From contig CP070751.1 in assembly GCA_020348445.1 (NCBI GenBank), positions 1,240,808-1,255,924 of the forward strand: 15,117 bases of DNA, read 5' to 3'. Position numbers and translations under genes: made by a program. How positions within the stretch are numbered: the first letter of the stretch is position 1; every line of letters begins with the position of its first letter. The DNA is from Thermoplasmata archaeon (GTDB lineage: Archaea > Thermoplasmatota > Thermoplasmata > GCA-020350865). Shown in pieces: positions 7,331 to 15,117 of the stretch. The notes below the pieces were generated by a model. It ran no database searches. It was not told the origin of the DNA and saw nothing but the letters and a program-made list of their open reading frames with translations.

Positions 7331-7867
7331 ATGACTAAAAAAGCATTATCTAGAGAAAAACCTATACTGATGGAGGAGTTAGATACTGGCTTTAAATTCG
7401 AAGTCACTGAAGAACCTGGAGGGGAGAATATCAAACGCTGTTTTGCATGTGGCACCTGTACTGTCGTCTGCCCGGTCTTTTCCGTGAACGATCAATACAA
7501 CCCACGTAAAATAATACGGATGATTTTATTTGGTTTGAAAGAGGAGGTTCTCAAGAGCAATTTCATTTGGCTCTGCTCTGGCTGTTATAGCTGTTACGAG
7601 CTATGTCCAAGGGATGTAAAGATAACACGCTTGATGGCTGCAGTAAGAAACATTGCTGTGAGAGAAGGCCATATACCTAAGCCCATGGAGCTCATTGTTG
7701 GTCTTATTGAAAAATTCGGTAGGATCCTAGAAGTGAGCGAGTTTGAGAACATAGTAAGGTCAAAAAAAGGAATGCCAGAACTAGATCTTACAATACCTGA
7801 ATTAAGGAAAGTTCTAAAAAGAACCAGGATACACGATGTAATAAAAAGTAGTGATATAGATGAATAA
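7331..7867 (+). CDS. hdrC: Heterodisulfide reductase subunit C
   Basis: EEPGGENIKRCFACGTCTVVCP and IWLCSGCYSCYELCPRDVK (2x[4Fe-4S]); YNPRKIIR; 8-nt overlap with hdrB. Confidence 0.95.
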   Translation: MTKKALSREKPILMEELDTGFKFEVTEEPGGENIKRCFACGTCTVVCPVFSVNDQYNPRKIIRMILFGLKEEVLKSNFIWLCSGCYSCYELCPRDVKITRLMAAVRNIAVREGHIPKPMELIVGLIEKFGRILEVSEFENIVRSKKGMPELDLTIPELRKVLKRTRIHDVIKSSDIDE

Positions 7868-8768
7868 GTCAGAATACGCGCTATTCCTAGGCTGCACCGT
7901 CTCAGTTAAAGGATTGAACTACGAGCTTTCTGCAAGAAAGGTTGCTGACAGAATAGGAATTAAGTTTGTGGATATACCTGAGTTTTCATGTTGTGGTTTT
8001 CCTCTTGGAGGTATTCATCACAGTTCTGCAGTAACGATTGCAGCTCGAAATCTGGCTCTTGCTGAGGCTCAAGGTCTAAATATCATTGCACTCTGCAGTG
8101 CCTGCACGGGGCATATGACAGAAGTGGAGAAGCTTTTTGCTAATGGGGCAAATGCAAAGGATTTGAAACGTATCAATGCATCATTGAAAGATTTAGGGTA
8201 TCAGTACAATGGTGGTGTCAAGGTCAGGCATTTCGCCCGGGTGCTTTATGAAGAAATTGGTGTTAATAAGTTAAGGAAATTAATAACAGATCCTTTGACG
8301 GGTCTGAAGATTGCTCCACATTATGGTTGTCACTATATTAAGCCTTCTGAGATTTTTGATGGTTTTGATGACCCAATACATCCGCAGAGCCTTGATAAAC
8401 TTATAGAGATAACAGGTGCAACTCCGGTCCAATATAGAGATAAACTTCAATGTTGTGGTGGCGGTATCCTTGCCATCGATGAGGAAACGCCTGTCAAAAT
8501 GGTAAAGCAAAAACTAGATCACATCAAAGAGGCAAATGTTGATGCTATGATTCTTGTGTGCCCTTTCTGTAACATCATGTACGATGAGTTTCAACCTACA
8601 GTGGAATCCACATTCGATGTTGAATACAGTATCCCTGTTCTATATTATCCCCAGCTTTTAGGTCTGGCGATGGGGTTGGATCCAAAAAAAGATCTAGCTG
8701 TAAAGCAGAACCAAGTGAAGGTAACGCCGTTGTTGGAAAAAATCGAAGGTTTAAGGGGTGGCAAATGA
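7860..8768 (+). CDS. hdrB: Heterodisulfide reductase subunit B
   Basis: Two CCG domains with all 10 Cys and the adjacent His: LFLGC, FSCCG, LCSAC, PHYGCHYIKPS, LQCCGGG, VCPFC. Confidence 0.95.
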   Translation: MNKSEYALFLGCTVSVKGLNYELSARKVADRIGIKFVDIPEFSCCGFPLGGIHHSSAVTIAARNLALAEAQGLNIIALCSACTGHMTEVEKLFANGANAKDLKRINASLKDLGYQYNGGVKVRHFARVLYEEIGVNKLRKLITDPLTGLKIAPHYGCHYIKPSEIFDGFDDPIHPQSLDKLIEITGATPVQYRDKLQCCGGGILAIDEETPVKMVKQKLDHIKEANVDAMILVCPFCNIMYDEFQPTVESTFDVEYSIPVLYYPQLLGLAMGLDPKKDLAVKQNQVKVTPLLEKIEGLRGGK

Positions 8769-11700
8769 ACAATAAGACTAAAAAGGTTGGCTCAGTTTTA
8801 GTCGTAGGGGGTGGTATTGGAGGAATGCAGTCTGCTTTGGACCTTGCAGAAGCAGGTTTTAGGGTCTACCTACTAGAGAGAACCCCAAGCATTGGAGGTA
8901 CAATGGCCCAACTGGACAAGACGTTTCCAACCAATGATTGTGCAATGTGCATTCTTGCTCCGAAACTGGTCTATACTGGTCGACATGAGAATATCGAGAT
9001 TATTACAAACGCTGAAATTACAGATATTGCTGGAGAGGCCGGGAATTTCCATGTCATGATTAAGAAGCATCCACGATTTGTTGATATAGATAAATGTAAC
9101 AGCTGTGGTGATTGTACAGAACATTGTCCAGTTAGTTTAGTATCTGATTTTGAGGAAGGACTTGCGTTGCGTAAGGCTATTTATCAGCAGTTTCCACAAG
9201 CGATTCCAAACATCTTTAATATTGTTAAAAATGAGGGCGTATCTCCTTGTGAATTGGCGTGTCCTGCGGGATTGAATGCTCAGGCATTTGTTGCACTCGC
9301 ATCGCAGGAAAAATTTGCAGAAGCATATGATCTTATAAGGGAGATTATTCCATTACCTGGATCACTTGGGCGGATTTGTTACCATCCATGTGAGTCTGAT
9401 TGTAATCGAAAGGATATTGACGAGCCGATTTCAATTTGCAGAATTCGGCGATTTATCTCTGATTATATTTATGATCATCCTAAGGTGCGTACTGATTATC
9501 ATAAGTACCGGAATGAAAAACTTAGAGAAAAAGAGGTTGTTAAAGTAGAGATTAAAAGAGGTAAGAACCGGAAAGTTGCTATTGTTGGTGCAGGTCCAGC
9601 AGGGCTTACAGCAGCATCTGATCTTGCTGGTATTGGCTATCAACCGACTATTTTTGAAGCTGAAAAACACAATGGTGGGATGCTTTATTATGGCATTCCA
9701 GAGCATCGGTTGCCTAAAGAGTATTTGAGAAAAGAAATAAATTTATTATGTAAAGAGAACAAAATTGACATTAAGAACAATATACGATTTGGTAAAGATT
9801 TTAATATTGATGATCTACGAAAACAAGGGTTTAAAGCAATTTTTATTGCGATTGGAGCACATAAGAGCCGATTGATACATGTTGACTGTTTCGAAGGTGC
9901 AGAATCCCGTATATTACAAGGAGTTGAATATTTGAAAAAACTGAACAGCGGTAAGATTCCTCAAGATTACTTTAAGGGTAAAAAAATCTTGGTTATCGGT
10001 GGTGGCAACGTCGCGATGGATTCTGCGCGTAGTGCAAAGCGACTTGGTGGCGACGTAACTATTGTATATCGACGATCATTGAAGGAGATGCCAGCACATA
10101 AAGAGGAAATACAACAGGCGAAGGAAGAAGGTATTACGTTTAAGTTTTTGACGAATCCACAACAGTTACTAAGGAGAGGAAAAGATACATGTCTGCAGTG
10201 TGTTAAGATGAAACTTGGGACTCCTGATGAATCGGGACGTAGGAAACCTCTTGTGATAAAAGATTCTGAATTTGATATTAACTGCGATTACGTTATTTTT
10301 GCGATAGGGCAAGAAGTTGATGTCTCATCTTTGAAGAAAAACAAGATTAAATTGAATAAATCAGAGTTAATTGAGGTTGATCCAGTTACACTACAGACAT
10401 CGCAAAAAGATGTCTTTGCTGGAGGCGATGCCGTAAGCGGTCCTGCATCTGCTGTAGAGGCAATAGCTGCAGGTCATGATGCTGCAATATCGATTGATCG
10501 ATATCTAAATAAAGAAGATATGAGAAAAGGAAGAGGGGAAAAAGAGTGTAAAAAGGCAGAAATTCCTCCTGAAGCGCCACGTTTTCAGTTGAAACGTGAA
10601 AGTCCATCTTATCTCCCAATAAAGCAACGTATGAAATCTTTTAACGAGGTGGACCAAGGTATTTCTAAAGACAGGGTAGTGCGAGAGGCACAACGATGTC
10701 TGAATTGTGAAGGGTGCTGTGAGTGTCTGCAGTGTGTATTGCACTGTGAAAGTGACGCTATTGATCAAAGTATGAAAGAGACGACGGAGACGCTTGATGT
10801 TGGCGCTATCATTGTTGCATCAGGATTTGATTTATTCGATCCCTCCCAAAAGGAGGAATACGGACATGGAAAATATGAAAACGTAGTAACCAGTAAAGAA
10901 CTTGAGAGATATCTTAGTGCTTCGGGCCCTACTGCTGGACACGTCATTAGACGTTCAGATAGCAAAGAGCCGAAGAATATCGCATTTATACAATGTGTTG
11001 GCTCCCGGGACGAGAACTCGAACGAATATTGTTCAAGTGTGTGTTGCATGTATGCAATAAAGCAGGCAATTATAGCCCAAGAACATACTTCTGGCTTGAA
11101 AACACATTTGTTCTTTATGGATATTAGGGCATTTGGTAAAGAGTTTGATGACTATTATATTAGAGCAGAAAAGGAGCATGGAGTTAATTTCACCCGATGT
11201 AGAATACCAAGCATAGAAGAGGATCCAGAAACAAAAGATTTGATTATAACCTACCTTGAAAACGAAGAAAGAAAACAAAAAGTATTTGACATGGTGGTTC
11301 TCTCGTGTGCACTGGAGCCATTGAAGTCCTCAAAAGAATTAAGCGACAAACTTGGTATCGATTTAAATGAATATGGTTTCTTTAAGACCAATCTTTTTTC
11401 ACCATTGGAAACCAGCAAACCAGGGATCTATGTCACTGGTACATCTTCGGGACCAAAAGATATTCCCATGACTGTAACTGATGCTAGTGGCGCTGCTGCA
11501 AAGGCATCATGTATTATTTCTTCTGAGAGGCATTCGTTAGAAACCTTTAAGGAGTATCCTCCTGAGAGGGATACAGCTAGTGAGGTACCAAGAATAGGTG
11601 TATTTGTATGCCGCTGTGGGATTAACATAGGTGCTTATGTTGATGTATCGTCTGTAGTTAAATATGCTAAGACATTACCAAATGTTGTACATACGGAGGA

Positions 11701-13237
11701 ATTTATTCACTCATGCTCCCATGATACTCAGATTAGGATCATTGATATAATTAAAAAACACAAGCTGAATCGTGTCGTTGTTTCAGCATGTACACCACGA
11801 ACCCATGAACAACTGTTCCAGAGTACCCTCAGAGAAGCGGGATTGAATCCACACCTTTTTGAAATGACCAATATACGGGAACAATGCTCATGGGTACATA
11901 TGAAAGAACCAGAAAAAGCAACAGAGAAAGCAAAGGATCTCATCAAGATGGCTGTTAGCAAGGCTCAACTAGACCAACCTTTAACAAGAGAAAAGCTTCC
12001 TGTGATTCCAAAAGGACTGGTCATTGGAGGTGGATTGTCTGGTATGACTGCTGCTTTGGAATTGGCTGAACAAGGCTTTGAAACATATTTGATTGAACGA
12101 GAAAATGATTTAGGTGGCTCCTTACGAAAAACATATTTCCTGCTAGGTAACGAGGATCCTCAAGAATTATTACAATCTCTTAAGAAAAAGGTGAATAATA
12201 ATAAAAGGATACGTGTTTTCACCAATGCTGAGATCAAAGACGTCCATGGACATATTGGTGACTTCACGACTAGGATTTCAATCGATGGAAAAGAGGAAAA
12301 AGAACTTAAGCATGGAATTATAATAGTGGCTACTGGTGCTAAGGAGTACGAACCTATAGAATACCTATATGGACATGACGATCGAGTACTAACCAAGTGG
12401 GAACTCGAAGAAAAACTAGTTAAAGGAGGTTTTTCAGCTAAAAATGTAGTTATGATTCAGTGCGTCGGCTGCCGAAACGAAGAACGAACATACTGCAGTA
12501 GAGTCTGTTGTGGAGATGCGATTAAGAATGCATTGAAGATTAAAGAAATAAGTCCAGAAACTAATATCTACATCTTATACAAGGACATACGAACCTATGG
12601 ATTCAGGGAAAAATATTATAAAGAGGCTGCTGAGAAGGGTGTGCTATTTATTAGATACGATGATGAAACTAAGCCCATTGTCACCAATAAGGATGGATTA
12701 AAGGTATCGATAATGGAGCCAATACTGAGAAGTCTAATTATACTTAAACCTGATATGATAGTTCTTAGTAATGCAATGCTTCCACAAGATGGCGCTAAAG
12801 CGCTTTCACAAATACTTAAGGTTCATACTACCAAGGATGGATTCTTCTTGGAGGCTCATATGAAGCTGCGGCCTGTGGATTTTGTAAGGGATGGCGTATT
12901 TCTATGTGGAAAAGCACATTCACCTAAATATATAGAAGAATGTATTGTACAAGCAAGTGCGGCTGCTGCAAGAGCAATTACTATTTTATCTAAGGATAAA
13001 ATCGAATCAGAAGCAGTTGTATCAGTAGTTATTGAAGATCTTTGCAGTGGCTGTGGTTTTTGCATAGAAGCCTGTCCATATTTAGCGATAGAGCTTAAGG
13101 ATGGAAAGGCCCAAGTGGATGCTGCTTCATGCAAAGGATGCGGTAGCTGTGCATCGACATGTCCATCTGGAGCAATTGAGCAAAAAGGATTCAAAAAAGA
13201 ACAAATCATATCAATGATAGATGCTGCAGCAAAATAA
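8765..13237 (+). CDS. hdrA: Large HdrA-family flavoprotein (HdrL type): split HdrA module with inserted GltD/NfnB-like NAD(P)H module, second HdrA module and C-terminal ferredoxin
   Basis: N-terminal VLVVGGGIGG and QLDKTFPTNDCAMCI. GltD-like PCELACP, GRICYHPCESDC, GAGPAG, GGGNVAMD, VYRR (about 9242-10720). QCVGSRD/YCSSVCC, GPKDIP. Second module VFVCRCG, VSACTPRTHE, NIREQCSWVH, GGGLSG, QCVGCR/YCSRVCC, SPKYIEE. Terminal 2x CxxCxxCxxxCP. ATGA overlap with hdrB and AGGGGTG SD. Confidence 0.95.
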   Translation: MNNKTKKVGSVLVVGGGIGGMQSALDLAEAGFRVYLLERTPSIGGTMAQLDKTFPTNDCAMCILAPKLVYTGRHENIEIITNAEITDIAGEAGNFHVMIKKHPRFVDIDKCNSCGDCTEHCPVSLVSDFEEGLALRKAIYQQFPQAIPNIFNIVKNEGVSPCELACPAGLNAQAFVALASQEKFAEAYDLIREIIPLPGSLGRICYHPCESDCNRKDIDEPISICRIRRFISDYIYDHPKVRTDYHKYRNEKLREKEVVKVEIKRGKNRKVAIVGAGPAGLTAASDLAGIGYQPTIFEAEKHNGGMLYYGIPEHRLPKEYLRKEINLLCKENKIDIKNNIRFGKDFNIDDLRKQGFKAIFIAIGAHKSRLIHVDCFEGAESRILQGVEYLKKLNSGKIPQDYFKGKKILVIGGGNVAMDSARSAKRLGGDVTIVYRRSLKEMPAHKEEIQQAKEEGITFKFLTNPQQLLRRGKDTCLQCVKMKLGTPDESGRRKPLVIKDSEFDINCDYVIFAIGQEVDVSSLKKNKIKLNKSELIEVDPVTLQTSQKDVFAGGDAVSGPASAVEAIAAGHDAAISIDRYLNKEDMRKGRGEKECKKAEIPPEAPRFQLKRESPSYLPIKQRMKSFNEVDQGISKDRVVREAQRCLNCEGCCECLQCVLHCESDAIDQSMKETTETLDVGAIIVASGFDLFDPSQKEEYGHGKYENVVTSKELERYLSASGPTAGHVIRRSDSKEPKNIAFIQCVGSRDENSNEYCSSVCCMYAIKQAIIAQEHTSGLKTHLFFMDIRAFGKEFDDYYIRAEKEHGVNFTRCRIPSIEEDPETKDLIITYLENEERKQKVFDMVVLSCALEPLKSSKELSDKLGIDLNEYGFFKTNLFSPLETSKPGIYVTGTSSGPKDIPMTVTDASGAAAKASCIISSERHSLETFKEYPPERDTASEVPRIGVFVCRCGINIGAYVDVSSVVKYAKTLPNVVHTEEFIHSCSHDTQIRIIDIIKKHKLNRVVVSACTPRTHEQLFQSTLREAGLNPHLFEMTNIREQCSWVHMKEPEKATEKAKDLIKMAVSKAQLDQPLTREKLPVIPKGLVIGGGLSGMTAALELAEQGFETYLIERENDLGGSLRKTYFLLGNEDPQELLQSLKKKVNNNKRIRVFTNAEIKDVHGHIGDFTTRISIDGKEEKELKHGIIIVATGAKEYEPIEYLYGHDDRVLTKWELEEKLVKGGFSAKNVVMIQCVGCRNEERTYCSRVCCGDAIKNALKIKEISPETNIYILYKDIRTYGFREKYYKEAAEKGVLFIRYDDETKPIVTNKDGLKVSIMEPILRSLIILKPDMIVLSNAMLPQDGAKALSQILKVHTTKDGFFLEAHMKLRPVDFVRDGVFLCGKAHSPKYIEECIVQASAAAARAITILSKDKIESEAVVSVVIEDLCSGCGFCIEACPYLAIELKDGKAQVDAASCKGCGSCASTCPSGAIEQKGFKKEQIISMIDAAAK

Positions 13238-13257
13238 AAACCATAAAATATAATTCA

Positions 13258-13280
13258 TTTTCAATATTTTTTTATAAAAA
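13258..13280. terminator. Candidate bidirectional T-rich terminator between convergent hdrA and osmC-like genes
   Basis: 64-bp AT-rich gap with a T7 run (13267-13273) on + and an A5 run (T-run on -), forming the perfect palindrome TTTTTATAAAAA at 13269-13280. T-tracts are the usual archaeal terminators. Confidence 0.4.
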
Positions 13281-13301
13281 GATAATATTAAATTATAATC
13301 A

Positions 13302-13736
13302 CTAAGTGACCTTCTTGAACTGCATTACACTCTCTATAGGAAACGAGACTGCATTTGTTAGAGGACAAGTTGTGCTCGAAACGTCAAAACATTGTTCTAT
13401 CTTATTTTTATATTTATTTTCTGCCCAAACGGTAAGAGTAATCTTTACTCTTGACAGCTTTTTTTTCTTTTCGTAATTATCCGCATAGGCTTTAATGTCA
13501 ACAATACAATCTTCGACTATTACTCGTGCCTTCACTGCTATCCAAATAAAGGTTGATAGGAGGCATGCACCAATACCTGAGATAAAAACTTCCATAGGGG
13601 CTGGAGCCATATTTGTTCCAAAATCGGATTTTGGTTTGTCAGTTTCTACCTCAAATCCTCTTATGATACTCCGTGTCTTAAGTCCGCCTTCCCAAAAAAC
13701 CTTGGCTTTTGCTTTAATTTCCTGAATATTTTTCAT
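13302..13736 (-). CDS. OsmC/Ohr-fold family protein (YhfA-like)
   Basis: FEVETDKP...APAPMEVFISGIGACLLSTF (first Cys) and TTCPLTNAV (second Cys); 144 aa from ATG 13736. The GTG at 13796 would add 20 residues with no family resemblance. Confidence 0.88.
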   Translation of the reverse strand: MKNIQEIKAKAKVFWEGGLKTRSIIRGFEVETDKPKSDFGTNMAPAPMEVFISGIGACLLSTFIWIAVKARVIVEDCIVDIKAYADNYEKKKKLSRVKITLTVWAENKYKNKIEQCFDVSSTTCPLTNAVSFPIESVMQFKKVT

Positions 13737-13756
13737 AATAACGCTATTGTCACTTG

Positions 13757-13764
13757 ATTTATAA
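13757..13764 (-). promoter_or_regulatory. TATA-box candidate (TTATAAAT) for a possibly leaderless osmC-like transcript
   Basis: Located 21-28 nt upstream of ATG 13736; no SD before that ATG; BRE not obvious. Confidence 0.35.
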
Positions 13765-13812
13765 GGAAATCGGACCGTAATACCATTGTTAAACACGTTT
13801 TTCTTTTATTTT

Positions 13813-15117
13813 CTATTTCTTTAATCTGTCTATTTCCTTTAGTAACTCAACAGCTCGTTTTTTATAAGCTGCTCTTAAACGTTTGTAATCCTCTTTGTTT
13901 ATGATCCCATCCTCGAACTCGTGTTCAACTCGTTTAATAGCCGATAACACCTTCTTTTTCTGCTCTTCTATCTCCTTAATCCTCTTTTTTTCAAGAAGTT
14001 TTTCCCTTCGTTTTTCTGGAGAAGTATCTCGTTTTTGTAAGGTGCTCTCTTCTTTGAAAAAATCTATTTTCTTTAACAGTAAAATAACCATAATCAAAAT
14101 TACTATGATAACTAATAGCCATGTAATGTAAGGGTTTGACTGATCATCTGCAGTTTTTTCCAATTTCATACTCATCGTTGTATAGGAATTTGGTATAACA
14201 TCTTCGTTTTTAGCAAAAAACCAGTATCTCCCGTAGTCCTCTAACCAAAAAAGTTCGTCATGAACCATTTCCAAGTCGTCACTGATTTCCAGTTCATTTA
14301 TGGTTAATAAATAGACCTCATATGTTACCTTTTTTGTCTCGTAAAGATATTGTTTTGTGAACAAGCCTTTAGTTTCGTTTTCATTCATACCAATCTGTGT
14401 AGTATATCTTACATATATTGATGCAATATTCGATGGAGCTGTGATTTTAAGGGTTAAGTTCGCATATTCTTGTGGGGGGAGTGAAACGTTATTTAACCTT
14501 CTAGTATTGTTCCATATTTCAGCGGTCCATCCTTGCGGGAGATCACTTACATTAAAACCTATTAATTCGTTATCAGTACCATTATTTAAAAGGGTTATAT
14601 TCTCAATTGTTGTGATGTAGAAAGGCATATATTGGTCTATCACTGGGAGCATTCCAATATCAAGTTTTTCGGATGTTAAATGAACTCCTATGCCCAGGAA
14701 GCTTTCTTTTTCTCTAGGGATGGATGTACCACCAATAGTTGCATTCAAATGTAGTGTGTCATTATTCAGGGAAGCATTTGTAGTTGAAAATGCAGTGATG
14801 GAAATTGATTCTCTTTGTCCATAATAAGAGAGCCTGTTTTCATCGGGAAACGGGTAGCCAACATAGAGATTGTCATCATCGGTTTTATTTAAATAGAAAC
14901 ATTCCATGTATCCCCCCGCTTTATATCTACATGCCATATTGGGGGTGTAGTTACAACAGTCTGCTGCAATAATACTATTATCTAGTATCCATATAAGGAG
15001 TGAATCGTTGAATATAACTTCACCTGTGTTATTAATGTAGAAATATTCGTTGACTTCTAATGTTTTTAGATCATCCTGTTGAAAGACGTATATCCAATGT
15101 CTGTCGATTTTGATAGG
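13813..15117 (-). CDS. Exported, C-terminally membrane-anchored glycoprotein-like protein with a cytoplasmic helical tail (5'-truncated by the window)
   Basis: I translated upstream of ATG 14937: the frame stays open to base 15117 (PIKIDRHWIYVFQQDDLKTLEVNEYFYINNTGE...DCCNYTPNMACRY). 14 N-X-S/T sequons in 434 aa, a NEW3/Ig-like LPQGW..LPPQEYANLTLKITAP segment, TM helix YITWLLVIIVILIMVILLL, and a charged tail with GIINKEDY. Confidence 0.85.
   Translation of the reverse strand, partial: PIKIDRHWIYVFQQDDLKTLEVNEYFYINNTGEVIFNDSLLIWILDNSIIAADCCNYTPNMACRYKAGGYMECFYLNKTDDDNLYVGYPFPDENRLSYYGQRESISITAFSTTNASLNNDTLHLNATIGGTSIPREKESFLGIGVHLTSEKLDIGMLPVIDQYMPFYITTIENITLLNNGTDNELIGFNVSDLPQGWTAEIWNNTRRLNNVSLPPQEYANLTLKITAPSNIASIYVRYTTQIGMNENETKGLFTKQYLYETKKVTYEVYLLTINELEISDDLEMVHDELFWLEDYGRYWFFAKNEDVIPNSYTTMSMKLEKTADDQSNPYITWLLVIIVILIMVILLLKKIDFFKEESTLQKRDTSPEKRREKLLEKKRIKEIEEQKKKVLSAIKRVEHEFEDGIINKEDYKRLRAAYKKRAVELLKEIDRLKK

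Noticed and set aside
9470-9575. Lys/Arg-rich stretch (DHPKVRTDYHKYRNEKLREKEVVKVEIKRGKNRK) in the GltD module as a possible intein or insertion element
   Set aside because: It is short, lacks intein C/S...HN splice motifs, and falls in the variable linker before the GAGPAG motif.
77-13209. Many 60-220 aa alternative-frame and antisense ORFs (e.g. 2233-2901 -, 77-454 -, 3145-3531 -, 12856-13209 -, 7171-7455 -)
   Set aside because: Nearly all lie within or overlap well-supported genes, have no recognisable motifs and no ribosome-binding sites; they are typical shadow ORFs.
7331-13237. Reading hdrABC as evidence for methanogenesis
   Set aside because: HdrABC/HdrL are widespread in non-methanogenic anaerobes, and no mcr, mtr or mvh genes are in the window.
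13737-13796. GTG 13796 as the OsmC-like start
   Set aside because: The extra 20 aa do not resemble the family and overlap a TATA-like box positioned for ATG 13736.
1-15117. CRISPR arrays, tRNA/rRNA genes, transposases, integrases, known riboswitches
   Set aside because: No regularly spaced repeats, cloverleaf or T-loop signatures, or mobile-element motifs were seen by eye. A covariance-model scan was not possible.

Overview
AT-rich window, probably from an anaerobic archaeon. This is inferred from BRE/TATA-like promoters, a GGGGGTG-type ribosome-binding site, a surface protein rich in N-glycosylation sequons and methanogen-type HdrB/HdrC; the taxon cannot be fixed from sequence alone. On the + strand, in order: a GlcD/D-lactate-dehydrogenase-like FAD oxidoreductase coupled to a GlcF/HdrD-like CCG Fe-S protein, two UbiA-superfamily prenyltransferases, a small Cys-rich ORF, a lipoate-protein ligase coupled to an orphan GcvH/LbpA-like lipoyl carrier, and hdrC-hdrB followed by a 1490-aa HdrA of the HdrL type (two HdrA modules with an inserted GltD/NfnB-like NADPH module, and no mvhD or flx next to it). 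On the - strand are an OsmC-like protein and a membrane-anchored exported protein that runs off the window edge. The leading hypothesis is a lipoyl-carrier-dependent, NADPH-linked HdrABC system, analogous to but distinct from the sHdr-LbpA system of sulfur oxidisers. It is flanked by two enzymes with altered catalytic motifs (the FAD oxidoreductase and the second UbiA). No RNA genes, CRISPR arrays or transposases were seen.
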